A stretch of DNA of 64,000 bases, from assembly GCA_030390025.1 (NCBI GenBank), contig CM059432.1, positions 69,380,001-69,444,000 of the forward strand. The letters run 5' to 3'. Source of the DNA: Squalus acanthias. Lineage: Eukaryota. The notes under the pieces were generated by a model. It was not told the DNA's origin. It worked only from the letters and a program-made list of their open reading frames with translations, and searched no databases. How positions within the stretch are numbered: the stretch's first letter is position 1; each line of letters starts with the position of its first letter. Below, piece by piece: positions 36,164 through 49,555 of this stretch. The position numbers were made by a program, and so were the translations under genes.

Positions 36164-37153
36164 GGCCGGAATTTTCTGCAGGTAGGCGGGGGCCTCCAAG
36201 GTGGGCGGAAAACCTAGGAGGCCGTTTCCTGCAGGCCCAGCCGACTTTAACAGCAGGGCCTGATTTGCATGTGAGGCCTCAGTTTCCCGCCTGCAGCCAG
36301 CCAGATTGAGAGGCTGGCTGGCTGCGGGCGGGTAGGCCTGCAGCTACAGAGAAGGAGCGATGGCTCGGTCCGGAGGAAGGATGGGTGGGGGGGAGGGGAT
36401 CGGCATGGACTCAGTCGGGGATTGCGGAGCTCGGTCGGGGATCGAGGGGGAGGGTTGGGGATTGGCGGTGGGGATGGTCGGAGGATCAGCGGTGGGGGAG
36501 GGTTTGGCTGGGAATCGGGGATTGGAGTCGGCCAGGGATCGGGGAGTCGCCCGGGGATCGGGGGGCTGGTGCGGGGTGGGGGTGGGGGTGGGGGTGGCTT
36601 GGCCGGGGATCGGGGAGTCGGCCAGGGAATGGGAGGGTTGGGGATCAGGGGGTCGGCAGGAGCATCGGGGGGAGGGGGTGGAGAGAGGATCAGGGCCAGC
36701 CACCAGAGGATTGTGGCTGGCCTCAGCATCATCGGTGGGGTGGCGGAGTAGGCCTCATGGTGGCGATTGGAGGCCTTCTGGTGGGGTCTCTGATCGCGGG
36801 GGGGTGGGTTAGGCAGGGACCCTGGATCCAGGTATAAAGCCACTTATCTCCTGGATGCAGCAGTCTCCGCCTCGTATTAACTGCCGGGTTTCACTAACTG
36901 TGTGAAACCCGTCCAAAAGCCGTTAAATTCAAAATGGAGGTGTAAAAAGAGGCTTCCAACCTCATTATCATATTAAATTGACGTACTGCCCCCTGGGAGC
37001 AGGTTGATTGCCCGCCCCCCGTCCCCACCCCGCCTCCGTTAGAATCGGAAGTGGGTGGGTTGGAGGTGGGATCAGGTCGGGAATCCCATTTTTAACAATT
37101 TAACTGCCCTCAGGTTCCAAACTCACCCCTTTTTTTAGGGGAAAATTCCAGCC
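36164..37153. mobile_element. Harbinger-type MITE with a G-rich core
   Basis: TIRs ggccggaattttc and gaaaattccagcc, flanks aat/att. Strongly G-skewed interior at 36360-36810. Confidence 0.75.
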
Positions 37154-38572
37154 ATTGTCTCAGGTCAATCATCGCACATAAGGCCACACAATATAAGTCT
37201 CTTTCTGTATCAAAATGCATTGTTAAACCTGGTGCACAAGCATAGAATGCTCATGTGCCGAATGTAGCCCAGACATTTTAATTCAGAATATGGTAGAAAA
37301 TAAAATGCTTTGGTTCAAAGGTACTCTCACTTTTTTATTCAATGTTTCACAAAATCTGATGTAGGTCATCGGGTTGCTCAGGAATAAATGGCGCTAAGTG
37401 CTGAAAAACCTTAGAAAATAATGAAAATCTCCCCATTTCTTGTCTTAAGGTTATATGAGTTTGCTTTGTATAATTTAATATGAATACTGAAACTGTTAGG
37501 AATTCTTCCACAAATAGCAAGGACATTTGTTTTTATTGACCTCTTTGAAAGGAGACTCATGTTTGCTGGGTACACATTTGTATATGCATGTCAAAATTGC
37601 AACAAATAATACCATTTGGGTTGTAATCTCAATTTCTTATTAAACATCAGTTCATAAAAACTGATCTCACAGTATCTTAGCATAACATATGTTGTCATAA
37701 GTACAAGTATATTCCAACAACATTAATCTATTACTGAGCTTTCTGACCAAAATCCTAGCCCTGTTACATTGGAAGACAAAGAATGTAATATGTTTATTTT
37801 CACTGGACAAAATTATTTTCAGTCTGTATATTGTTGTGTGGTAAACACTGTATTAAGCAACACAAGCACGGACTTGCCCTTCTTTGTAAGTGTAGTAGTT
37901 GGGGCATTTCCAACCTGTCACAGGCAAAAGTCAAAGGTAAATGAAAGCTATTAGCTTGGCCATTGGTCTGATAGCCTTCTGACTGTGGTTGGATTACTAC
38001 AGCCAAAAGGACCCCTGCCTGAAGATCTATAGAATCATAGAATCATAGAGCAGTGTAGCACAGAATGAGACCATTCGGCCCATCGAGTCTGTGCCTGCTC
38101 TTCCAAAGAGCAATCCAGTTAGTCCCACTACCCCGCTCTTTCCCCATATTCCTGCAATTTTTCTCCTTCAAGTATTTATCCAATTCCCTTTTGAAGGCGA
38201 CTATTGAATCTGTATCCACCATCCTATCAGGGAGTGCATTCTAAATCCTAACCACTCACTGCGTAAAAAAGTTTTTCCTCATTTCGCCTCTGGTTCTTTT
38301 GCCAATTACCTTAAATCTGTGACCTCTCATTATTAACACTTCAACCATTGGAAACAGTTTCTCTTTATTTACTCTATCTAAATCCTTCACGATTTTAAAT
38401 ACCTCTATCAAATCTCCTCTTAGCCTTCTCTACTGCAAGGAGAACAACCCCAGCTTCTCTAGTCTATCCACGTAACTGTAATCCCTCATCCCTGGAACTA
38501 TTATAGTAAATCTCTTCTGTACCCTCTCCAAAGTCTTCATATATTTCCTAAAGTGTGGTGCCCAGATTTGGA

Positions 38573-39101
38573 CACCATATTATAAAATGGATACAGAGGC
38601 ACTGGAGAGGGTGCAAAAAAGATTTACAAGGATGATACCAGAAATGCGAGGTTATACCTATTAAGAAAGGATGAACAGTCTGGGTCTCTTTTCTCTTGAA
38701 AAGAAAAGGCTGAGGGGTGACCTAATAGAGGTCTTTAAAATTATGAAAGGTTTTGATAAAGTAGACACAGTGTTTCCATTTGTGGGGAAAAGCAAAACTA
38801 GGGGCCATCAATATAAGATAGTCACCAGGAAATCCAATAGGGAATTCAGAAGAAACTTCTTTACCCAGAGAGTGGTGAGAATGTGGATCTCGCTACCACA
38901 GGGAGTGGTTGAAGTGGATAGTATCGACGCATTTAAGGGGAGGCGAGATAAGCATATGAGGGAGAAGGGAATAGAGGGTTATGCTGATAGATTTAGATGA
39001 GGAAAGACGGGAGGAGGCTCGAGTGGCGCATAAATGCCAGCATGGAATGGTTGGGCCGAATGGCCTGTTTCTGTGCTGTATATCCTATGTAATCCTATGT
39101 A
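38573..39101 (+). mobile_element. CR1 3' fragment inserted antisense into the above CR1
   Basis: Near-identical to 5168-5700 (LGLFSLEKKRLRGDLIEVFK...). Tail cctatgtaatcctatgtaa. Confidence 0.9.
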
Positions 39102-40147
39102 ATACTTCAGCTGGGGCAGAACTAGTGTTTTATATAGGTTTAGCAAAACTTCCTGGCTTTTGTACTCTGTGCCTCTATTTATAAAGCCCAGGATCTCATA
39201 TGCTTTATTAACTGCTTTGTTAACCTGTCCTGTCACCTTCACAGATTTGTGCATAAACACCCCCAGGTCCCTCTGTTTTTGCACCCCCTTTAAAATTGTA
39301 CCATTTAGGGTGTATGGTCTCTCCTCATTCTTCCTACCAAAATGTATCACCTCACACTTCTCTGCATTGAATTTCATCTGCCATGTGTCCGCCCATTCCA
39401 CCAGCCTGTCTATGTTTTTTTGAAATTTATTACTATCTTTCTCACTGTTTACTACACTTCCAAGTTTCGTGTCATCTGTAAATTTCAAAATTGTGACCTG
39501 TACCCCCAAGTCCAAGTCATTAATGTATATCAAAAACAGCAGTGGTCCTAGTACTGAAGCTTGGGGAACGCCTCTGTATACCTCCCTCCAGTCTAAAAAC
39601 AAGCCATTCACCACAACTCTCTGTTTTCTATCCCTTAGCCAATTTTGTATCCATGCTGCTACTGCCCCGTTTATCACTGCCCCGTTTATCCCATGGGCTT
39701 CAATTTTTCTAACAAGCCGAGTATGTGGTACTTTATCAAATGCATTTTGAAAGTCCATATAAACAACATCAACTACACTGCCCTCATCCACCCTCTCTGT
39801 TACCTCATCAAAAAACTCAATCAAGTTAGTCAAACACAATTTGCCCTTAACAAATCCGTGCTGGCTCTCCTTTATTAGTCCATTCTTGTCCAAGTGGCTG
39901 TTAATTTCCTCCCGGATTATTGTTTCTTAAAGCTTCTCCACCACCGACGTTAAACTGACTGGCCTGTAATTGCTGGGTTTATCCTTCTCCCCTTTTTTGA
40001 ACAAGAGTGAAAGATTTCCAATCCTCCAGTCCTCTCGCACCACTCCTGTATCTAAGGAGGATTGGAAAATTGTGGCCAGCACCTCTGCAATTTCTACCCT
40101 TACTTCCCTCAGCAACCTAGAATGCATCCCATCTGGACTGGGTGACA

Positions 40148-40468
40148 TTTTTTTATTCATTCACGGGATGTGGGCATCGCTGGCAAGGCCAGCATTTATT
40201 GGCCATCCCTAATTACCCTTGAGAAGGTGGTGGTGAGCTGCCTTTTTGAACCGCTGCAGTCCGTGAGGTGAAGGTACTGCCACAGCGCTGTTAGGGAGGG
40301 TGTTCCAGGGTTTTGACCCAAAGACGATGAAGGAACAGCGATATATTTCATAGTCAGGATGGTGTGTGATTGGAGGGGAAATTTCAGGTGGTGGTGTTCC
40401 CATGCGCCTGCTGCCCTTGTCCTTCTAGGTGGTAGAGGTCGCAGGTTTGGGAGGTGCTGTTGGAAGAA
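40148..40468 (-). mobile_element. 3' fragment of a different non-LTR family inserted in the CR1
   Basis: Starts ttttttattcattcacgggatgtgggcatcgctggcaaggccagc. Encodes KPWNTLPNS..GLQRFKKAAHHHLLKGN. A decayed homolog lies at about 62905-63045 (+). Confidence 0.7.
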
Positions 40469-42094
40469 AATTTACCCACTTTAATTACTGCCAGTTCGTA
40501 GTACCTCATCTTTATCTATTTTTATCTCATCCAATATCCCAGCAACCTCCTCGTTTACCATAGCTTTGGCAAAGTCCTCTTCCTTGGTAAACACCAATGG
40601 AAAGTACTCATTTAATACCTCAGCCATGCCTTCTGCCTTCACCAATAGTTCTCCATTTTGGTCCCTAATCAGCCCCACTGCTCCTCTGACTACCCTTTTA
40701 CTGTTAATGTGCCTAAAGAAGACTTTTGGATTCCCTTTTATGTTTGCCACCAATCTATTTTCGTACTGTCTCTTTGCCCCTCTTATTTCATTTTTCACTT
40801 CTCCTCTGTACTTTTTATATTCAGCCTGATTCTCCCTTGTATTATCAAGCTGACTACTCTCCAACTCCTGCGTCATCCAGGGAGCTCTGGCTTTGGTTGC
40901 CCTCCCTTTCCCCCTTGTAGGAATGTACCTAGACTGTACCCGAACCATCTCCTCTTTAAAGGCTGCCCATTGGTCCATTACATTTTTGCCTGCCAGTCTT
41001 TGACTCTAGTTTACCCAGGCCTCAATTCACTGAAATGTTAAGTATTTTTATTCTAGATTGCTCCTTGTCCTTCTCCATAACTAATCTAAATCTTACGATA
41101 CTATGATCACTATTCCTGAGATGCTCTCCAACTGTGATATTCTCAACTTGACCCAGTTCATTTCCCAAGACTAGATCCAGCAATGCCATCTTCCTTGTTG
41201 GGCAGGAAACATAATGATCAAGAAAATTCTCCGGAACTCACTTTAGAAATTCCTCCCCTTCTCTGCCCTTAACACAATCACTACCCCATTCAATATTGGG
41301 GTAGTTAAAGTCTCCCATTATCACTACTCTATAGTTCTTGCACCTCTCAGTAATTTCTTTGCAAATTTGCCTCTCTTTCTCCTTCCCACTATTTGGTGGT
41401 CTATAAAATATACCAAGTAGCGTAATAGCTCCTTTATTGTTTCTCAACTCCAACCAAATAGATTCTGTCTTTGATCCCTCAAGGACATTCTCTCTTTCTA
41501 GCACTGTAATATTTTCCTTAATCAAAACTGCTACCCCCTCCTCCTTTTTTCCTTCCCTATCTTTCCTGAATACCTTGTACTCAGGAATATTAAGCAACCA
41601 ATCCTCCCCTTTTTTGAGCCAGGTCTCCGTTATCACCACAACATTATATTCCCATGTGGCTATTTGCATCTGCAGCTCACCAACCTCATTAACCACACTT
41701 CATGCATTTACACACAGGCACTCCAAACCTAACTTAGACCTCTTTGTAATTTCTATGATCCCACCTAACTCTGTACTATTTCTAACTGGAGCTGTCTCTC
41801 CCAGTCCTCTGTGCACCTTGTTTCTACCTTTTAATACTACATCCTGGTGCCTAACCCCCTGCCGAATTAGTTTAACCCCACCACCACAGCACTAGTTAAT
41901 CTGCCCGTGAGGATATTGGTCCCAGCTCTGTTCAGGTGCAACCCCATCCATCTTGAACAGGTCCCTCCTGCCACAGAACTGGCCCCAGGAATCTGAAGCC
42001 CTCCCTTCTGCACCATGTCTCTAGCCATGCATTAACCTGCCATATCCTCCTATTTCTATGGAGCTGTTGGAAGAGAAAGGTAAAGAATGAAAGA

Positions 42095-42500
42095 AATCAT
42101 TTTCATTTATATACTGTTTTCACCATGTCACAGCTTTACATCCAATGAAGTACTTTTGAAGTGTAGTTACTGTTGTAATGTAGGAACACGTGACAACCAA
42201 TTTGTGCACCATAAACTCCTATGAACAACAATGAGATAAATGACAGGAAAATCTGTTTTTGTGATGTTGGTTGAGGGCTAAATATTTGCCAGAACTCCCC
42301 CGCTCTTCTTTGAATTGTCATCCATGATCTTTTACATCCACCTTAGAAGGTTTAGCATCTCATCCAAAAGACAGCACCTGAGACATTGTAGCACTCCCTC
42401 AGCACTTCACTGAAGTATCAGCGTAGGTTATATGCTCAAGTCCCTGGAGTGGGGCTTGAACCCACTTCTGACTCACAGGTGACAACTGAGTCAAGGCTGA
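42095..42500 (-). mobile_element. Deu-domain SINE
   Basis: Matches 14574-14832 and carries the SINE tail (acagctttacatccaatgaagtacttttgaagtgtag) and a tRNA-like head (ggggcttgaaccca). Confidence 0.8.
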
Positions 42501-42848
42501 AATCTAGAAAGTAGACTTTACTTGTCAGGCCCTCTTTGCCTTAGCTGAATACCCCCCACCACGCTCTCCCCACCCCCTAAATCATCTGATCTGCGAGAAG
42601 TTCCAGTTGCAAAGCCCAACACGAGCTTCTTCAGGTGCCCCTGTATCTGGTCACCCTTCAAGTGAACCTTGAGGAAAATGAGGTGGGAGGACTATGAACT
42701 TCCCCCTCTATATCATTCGAATGGTTGGGCTTTACCTCTATTTGTTGTAGGCATGGACCGTTTGCCTACAACCAGACCACATAGGACTGGATCTGCAGCT
42801 ATAGAAGACCACAGAGGAGAAAAGCTTGCAAACTTCCTAACCCTCCCA

Positions 42849-43800
42849 GTACCGTGTATAAGCCTGGAGTTACATACCTGCCCTTCTCAGAGGATCAGTG
42901 CATAAAGAGGCTGTGCTTCTCCAGGGAGACTGTCTCAGACACGTGTCAGCTCCTGTAATAAGAGCTGCAACAAACTGCCACAGCTGGCACTGCATGTTCT
43001 TATGTTATCATCAACATCAGTCAGTCTGCAGTTCATGCTTGTATTAAGCAGATGACTGATACCATTTTCGATAGAGCAAACATTTTCATTACATTCCTCA
43101 TCGACAACTGGAAACAGCAGGATAGGGCTCTGGGATTCGCAAAAATTGCAGGCTTTCCCAAAGGCCAGGGTATCCCTGCCTGCTCATGCATTGCCATGTG
43201 GGCTCCTGCAAACGAGTTTGCTACATTCATGAATCAGAGGGCTTCCATTCCATTATTGCACAACTGGTGTGTGCTGACCAGCAGCGCATCATGCAGGTCT
43301 GCTCACTTTCCTGGCAGTTGCCATGATGCGTTTATATTGTGGAAATCCTCCATCCCCCCATTCTTTGATCCAGCACAGCAAATGAGAGGCTGGCTGCGCG
43401 GGGGCAAGGACTATCCCCTGTATACTTGGCTCATGACTCCCCTCAGAAACACGCGCTTGCCGGCTGTATTTTGCTGCAACCAGGTGCATTAGTCAACTAG
43501 AGCCCTCATCGGGTAGACCATTGCAGTCCTCAAACAGTGATTCAGGTGCCTGCACAAGTCTGGCAGCTTCCTCCAATACTGCCCAGAAAGTGTGTCCAGT
43601 ATCATAGTGGTTAGCTGCAGGCTCGGCAACTTTGCTTAGCAATGGAGACAACACATGGAGCCAATATTGGATGAGGACCTTCAACCAGATGACGAAGACG
43701 ACACTGATAACATCAAAGATGGCAAAGAAGCAGGAGAGCGTCAACACCAGTCTCCAGCCAGAACTCTTCGGCTGCATCTCATTGAACAGCGCTTCAGCTG
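42849..43800 (+). pseudogene. Decayed Harbinger DDE transposase (HARBI1-like)
   Basis: YKPGVTYLPFSEDQCIKRLCFSRETV, ALGFAKIAGFPK, HFPGSCHDAFIL, GWLRGGKDYPLYTWLMTPLR. Multiple stops and frameshifts. Confidence 0.85.
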
Positions 43801-44529
43801 AACAGTCCCTATTCCTCCCCGCATTAGCACTCATGTCCAACATCTCCTTCCACCTTTCAATAAACTACTTTTGCCTAAAGACCAACATTGATATACATGC
43901 TACTTGACATTGCAGTGTCATCAGTTACTACAGGAAAACTCTGCACATAAAGACAAATTGTTAAACAAATGCATACATGCCTAAGTATGAAGGCACCAGC
44001 TGATTCAGCATGATATTTGAGGCACAGGTGCTTGTGATGCATATTATGGGAATGGATGTAACGTGAGGTGTCAAACTGTGGGCAGCCTTACTTTGGTATT
44101 ATTCCTTAAGGCCTGAAAATTTCTTCCTCATCTGTTCTCACGATCTATGGACATAAAAGGCAGCATTCACCCAATCCTAGAATCTCCTCCCTTACTTGAC
44201 TTGCAGGAGACCCTGGGGTTGGTAGCAGGGTTAGGTTGTATTTCTATATTTGCGTGCAGAGTGACGGTCAGGTGGGCTTTGGTTGTGCCACAATAGTTTT
44301 ATAGTTACTATATTTGGGTGGTTGGTTGGGTGTGAACCTTTTGCATGGTACATATTTTGTGTAAAAGACATTGCTAATGCCTCAGCATCTTTACTTGACA
44401 TTTCTTAATTGATAAAATTCATTTTAAACAATTGGAGTTCACACCTTATGAAATGTATTCGGGAAGAGGGATTCTGGAATTTAAGTCTGAAATCTGGTTT
44501 TGAATTCAGCTCAGATTGATAGGTTTATA

Positions 44530-45276
44530 GGGGGAAAAATTCGGTTGCTTTGCGCCGCCCATTAGCGCCCCAAGGTGGCGCTAACGGGGTGCAAATCCCC
44601 TAACGCCTGGGTGCAGCGCTGCTAATGACTCCCATAAAATTCAGCGGGTGGTTAGCGGCGGTGGTAGCAGGTAGCGCCCCGCAGCACTGCGCCTCCGGCG
44701 ATGATGTCATCGCCGTGTGCAACGCCCCGCTCGCGCCCCGGCCACAAGCTTGGCTCACGCCCCCTGACCTACCACTGGACGCTATGTCCGACGGGGTCAG
44801 GGGGGCGTTTTTGCGGCCGGGGCGGCGCAAATTAAAGGGCAGGTGCCGGGCGACCATTTTTTTTGGGCCGCCTGCCAGTACCTGCCCCTTCTGGCTTCCT
44901 CCTGCGGGGTGCCGGCCGCGATTGGTCAGCCCGGCACTCCTCTTGAGTGCTGGGCTCTTTTGCCGGCACCCCACTCCCTGGTGGCCCAGCAGGGCCCCGG
45001 CGCGCTGCGCTGACCCCTCCCCTTTAATCAGGGTAGGAAGGCCTGCAGTACCGTGGCGCTACGTGCCGACATGCGTGGCGCTGTTGCACATAGTGCCGCG
45101 ATATTCAATGGGAGCGCCCCAAGAGGGAGGGGGAGCGCTTCCAGTAGCGCCCCGCCTCCTGCTTGGGGCGCCACCATTCAATTTCGGGAGCGGGGGTGCT
45201 AACTTTTTCGGGGCGCTAAATGTATCACCCCGGCGAAGTTAACGCCCCAATGGGGGCGCAAGCTCATTTTTCCCCC
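44530..45276. mobile_element. Harbinger-type MITE family L, intact
   Basis: TIRs gggggaaaaat and atttttccccc, flanks ata/tta. Colinear with the 9560-13938 halves. Confidence 0.88.
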
Positions 45277-45396
45277 TTAGTCTTTCTTTCTTTGTTGGTT
45301 ATAATGATCACCTGTGAAAGTGCAGTCTAGTTCCTAGTGAAAGTTCTTGGAACAAAATTGTACCTCATTCTGAATTAAGTGGCACTAAGGAACCAA

Positions 45397-45802
45397 GGGC
45401 TAGAAATTTGTTATAGCCAAAAAATGGGCAGTGTTTAAACTAAAAATGGTTAAGTAGCGTCAGCTTAAAAATGTCTAGGTTACACACAAAATTCGTCCTC
45501 ACTCCTCATTAAAATGATTTCAGTCATAATTCTAGTCTAAAAACCCAAGCTCATTGGCATTACACTGAAAAGATGGACCAATTTCGAGTGTAGTCTAAAC
45601 ACAAGCATTGCACACTCACTGACGTCACGATCTCCGTGATGGTGAGGTCTCCGGCGATCGCGTTCAGTGGCAGCAGTACTGGCAACACCGATTTGGCGTG
45701 CGGCGCTGGAACCAGCATCAGGTGGCGTTGAAGCGCTCAACAGTGTTTTAGCGCTATCTTGTGGCACTAACGGGTGACATAAACCACACGAATTTCTCCC
45801 CC
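45397..45802. mobile_element. Older Harbinger-type MITE
   Basis: Termini gggctagaaatt and gaatttctccccc. The right arm resembles the reverse complement of the left arm of 17292-17983. Confidence 0.45.
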
Positions 45803-47247
45803 AAAATGTTTGCTGGGGGCACAGCGTCATTGGTGGAGGAAAACGGGCACTAGCAGATCAGCATTGACTTCAATGGAAAGGGAAATCAGGCCAGGTGTGT
45901 TATGGGGGGCCAATCCACTACTGCCGATTTCCGCCACCACTGAAAATTAAAATAAACCCTAAGGAAACAAAAATAAATGGATAAATTAAACTGCAATGCA
46001 ACAAGAAAACTAATGCAATTAGATTAATGAAACCGAAGCAACACAAAAATAGTATGAAAATTGAGTCAAATAAGTCAACCAGCATTGCTTTAAGGAAGCT
46101 AGGAAGTGCCTTCTGCTGGCTGTGCAACTGTTGTGGGGTGATGTGTACCTGTGTCTGGGTGTATGTCCCTGCGAAGAAGTGTTGCTGTGCCGGGGGTACA
46201 TCAGCCAATGCAAATCATCTGAATCTTGAATATGGCCAGTTTCCATTCAATTCAGGTCGAGGGGAGGCACGGAGCAAAAATCCCCTCGAAAACTCCAGAA
46301 AGTTGGGCAAATCACAGTTTTTTTTTTAGCAGTACCAGCCTGCTTTGGAAACCACTAACTGTCTACTGGGGGTACTGAGCCTGATGCTCCACTGTGGTAA
46401 CACTACTGTTCATCATATCTCAAGTTTATTTTATAAACACAAGTTTAGCAGAATTCTAACTGACTGGTCCGGTAAATGAGGGAAGGCAATTTTAGTTTCC
46501 CAAAATCATCTTGAGAAAATAACCCAAAGAATCATTCTTTCATCACTAATATTAGGGAAAACCCATTAATTATCCAAATATAGGATGCAGATATGTAATG
46601 TAACAAGCTATTATTTTTAATTTAGCTGATTGCTTTGCTGTGAATGATGCTCCTAATTGCAAAGGGCTTGTCCCAGTGTGGCCAGCGTCTTGACCATAGT
46701 CGGATGAATCATTCATCACCTCCGCTCATATCAGTAGAAAACATAGCAGCTGAGATGATGCACAGACCTCATTTTCCGTTTATTCTGTCCAAAGTTAACA
46801 AGGGCAGGAGAAGAAAATGCATTTGACATAAGGAAGAGCCTTGTGAGCTGGGACAGAGCCATGTCTAACTGAAAGGTCAATCAGTCAGGAGCGATCAATT
46901 TCCCCTAAGTACGTGAGCACTTTTCATAACGAATCCAAAAATCTTCTCCCTGTGAAATATGGTAATGTTTTCAGGTTTTGTACAGATCTCCATTTGAACT
47001 CAAATGCGCAGCCATAATGAACCAGACCCAACCCCAGACAAAATTAGAGCATATGAAACAAAAATGCAGAATTGAAAAGAACAAGATCATTTTTCATACT
47101 GTGGTCTATGCATCATAGCACTATGTAAGCAGTTTGTTTCTGTGGCAGGTTGTTATAATGTTGCCATATGAAAGAAGGATTTATTTTGTGGTTTTCTCTT
47201 CACTATAAAACCTTTGTCTTAAAACTGTACTGAACTGCAGCTTATAT

Positions 47248-47350
47248 TTCCCAACATTACAACAGTGACTACACTTCAAAAGCACTTCATTGGCTGTAAA
47301 GCACTTTGGGGCGTCCTGGAGTTGTGAAAGGCGCTATATAAATGCAAGTG
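47248..47350 (+). mobile_element. Deu-SINE 3' tail
   Basis: acattacaacagtgactacacttcaaaagcacttcattggctgtaaagcactttggg...gaaaggcgctatataaatgcaagt. Confidence 0.75.
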
Positions 47351-49555
47351 TTTTGTTATTCTTTCTTTCTATATGTTTTCTGTATTCCATTGCTTATTGG
47401 ACTATATCCCTAAACAGGGTGAATAGCTCCTCCACAGAAAGTTACCACCACAGGCTTTCGACACAGCCAGTGTTTATTGATATAAACCAAAGTGAACTTT
47501 AATCTGTCAAGTGTTCTTATTCACATTAGATTCTCCTGACAAATCCTAATAGTACATGAGTAACACAGGAACTATTATCCACAAATAAGAACCTCGGGGT
47601 AAATGGTCCAGGTTAAAACTGTTGATTGATAATATAATTAGTACTGTCTTGTTTTACAAGTTTCCCTCCTTCCCAAACACAGCCAAAGGCATATAAATAA
47701 TGTTAAAGCCACCGAGAGAAAACACAGGGAAGTGATTTATCTTCAGTTTGGAGGATGCTGATTTTCCAGTTCTGGGACGGAAAGACATGGTTTTCATTTT
47801 GTCGATAAAATTCTGACACCCGTAAACTGAGTTAATTCACAGAGAGCGACATGACCAATATGTACTCGCTGGCCTCAAAATTGCAGTGTGTGATATTAGT
47901 GTATAATACCTAATGCATTTTATATGAAATTCCTTTCTCTGCTTTTAATGGAGGCATTCATCCTTTTATTTGAAGTGGATTAGTGCCTCCTTTTAAAATA
48001 ACAGCCAATTGAATTTCACATGAAACCATTAAGTGTTTCTTCACTAATATTACACAGATAAATTTCAAGGGATTAATAGGGGTAAAAAATCAGCTTCTGT
48101 GTTCCTAGAGTGCTCCAGAACTGCATCACAAAATTGCACACCACCTGAACTGCGAGACTGACTGTTGAAATAACTTTTGGGAAAATGATGGTCTGGTTGG
48201 TCTGCTGAAAAATATAAATGTCAATGAGTTTTTCCATTTTGTTAATGGACAAATTTAATATTGTCCCAGGACATAATTCTAGTTCTGGCCTCCAAGAAAG
48301 AAGGGAGACATTCAAGTGCTGGAGGCAGTGCAAAGAAGAGTCATGTGGCTAATCCCTACTTTCAGGAGTCTGAATTATGAGGAAAGACTGGGGCCGCGAT
48401 TTGGCCAGCCGTGGCGAGTCCGGTGCGGCCAGATTAGGCAGCGGCCTCAAACCCCGCTCCCATCTTCATCCCGCCTCCTCCAAGTGATTTTGCCCTGATT
48501 GGGCTTGTTAAGCCCGCCGTGTGAGGTTCCCGGCCAATTAAAAGGAAGCGGGTCTGATGACATCATCTGATGACACGTCATCAGCCGGTTTCCTTTAAGG
48601 GACCATGTCCACATTCATTTTCACAGTTGTGCTGTCAGTGTTCTACAGCATTGAGGTGCTGCAAACACTGACAAGCACTGCACAGAGGTGCATGGCTGCA
48701 CCTAGGCTCTCCCATGACTCCCTCCATATGCTTATAGAGGGAGTCACAGCATGCAGGGAGATTCTCTTCCCTTCCAATGGGCGGAAGAGACCTCCTCAGG
48801 ACACCAACTCAGCCTGGTTACACATTGCACAGGAGGGCACAAGCAGGGATGTTGTCAGGAGGACCTGGTTGCAGTGGCGCAAACCTTTCAATGATCTCAG
48901 TAGTTCACAAAACGTTACTGCAAAGCCACACTCAACCTCATCCTCCTGTGCCACTCATCACATCCCCATCACTCTGCCTTCCCTACCCTACTCCTGCACA
49001 TCCTTACTCACACCAACTTACCTTGCACCTCCACCATCGCTCTCTATGTTATCAATTCCCCATCTCACTAGCCACCCCTCACACTCACCCTCTTCCTTGT
49101 CCAATCATTCAAACTAACACACAAGGGTAGGTACTTGTGTGTTTTAGCCAATGTTCGTGTAAAGTTCCTGTTAATGTGTTGTCAAGCATTGAAATCCTTA
49201 TTTTCACTACTTTTCCTTTTTGGACAGATTTGTGTGTACCTTTGAAAGTGTCTTAGTGAGTTCCAGTGAATGATGAGACATAACGGCCGCGATTTTCCGA
49301 GTGGAGGCGGGTTGGAGGCGGCTTTGATGTTCGGCGGGTTCCGGTCCCGCTGCCAGTTTAATCCGCCCTGAAATAACGATTTTTGCTTAAGTGGGCTGAA
49401 TAAGCCCGTCGTGCACGATACCCGGCCGAATCAGTGGGTTCGGGTCTGCTGCTCGCCTCTGCTGACGTCTTTCAGCCAGCTGCATTTAAGGGGCCCATGC
49501 AGCCTTGTTTTTGATCAATCCTATTCTGCTGCTTCTCGGTGTGGCACATATTGAA

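Larger units (their letters stand above)
38027..42058 (-). mobile_element. CR1 LINE (end of ORF1 plus ORF2 APE-RT), interrupted by two insertions
   Basis: VITETWL, YRPPNS, MGDFNYPNI (41238-41696). RT 38979-39893 has MDFQNAFDKV and GVPQASVLGP. 3' end with (attctatg)n tail at 38027-38050. Confidence 0.92.

Noticed and set aside
36247..36843. Pro-rich and Gly-rich ORFs
   Set aside because: Translations of the low-complexity G tract inside a MITE.
44600..45242. 205-aa and 124-aa ORFs in MITE family L
   Set aside because: GC-rich sequence lacking stops; the frames are not conserved in the sister copy at 9560-13938.
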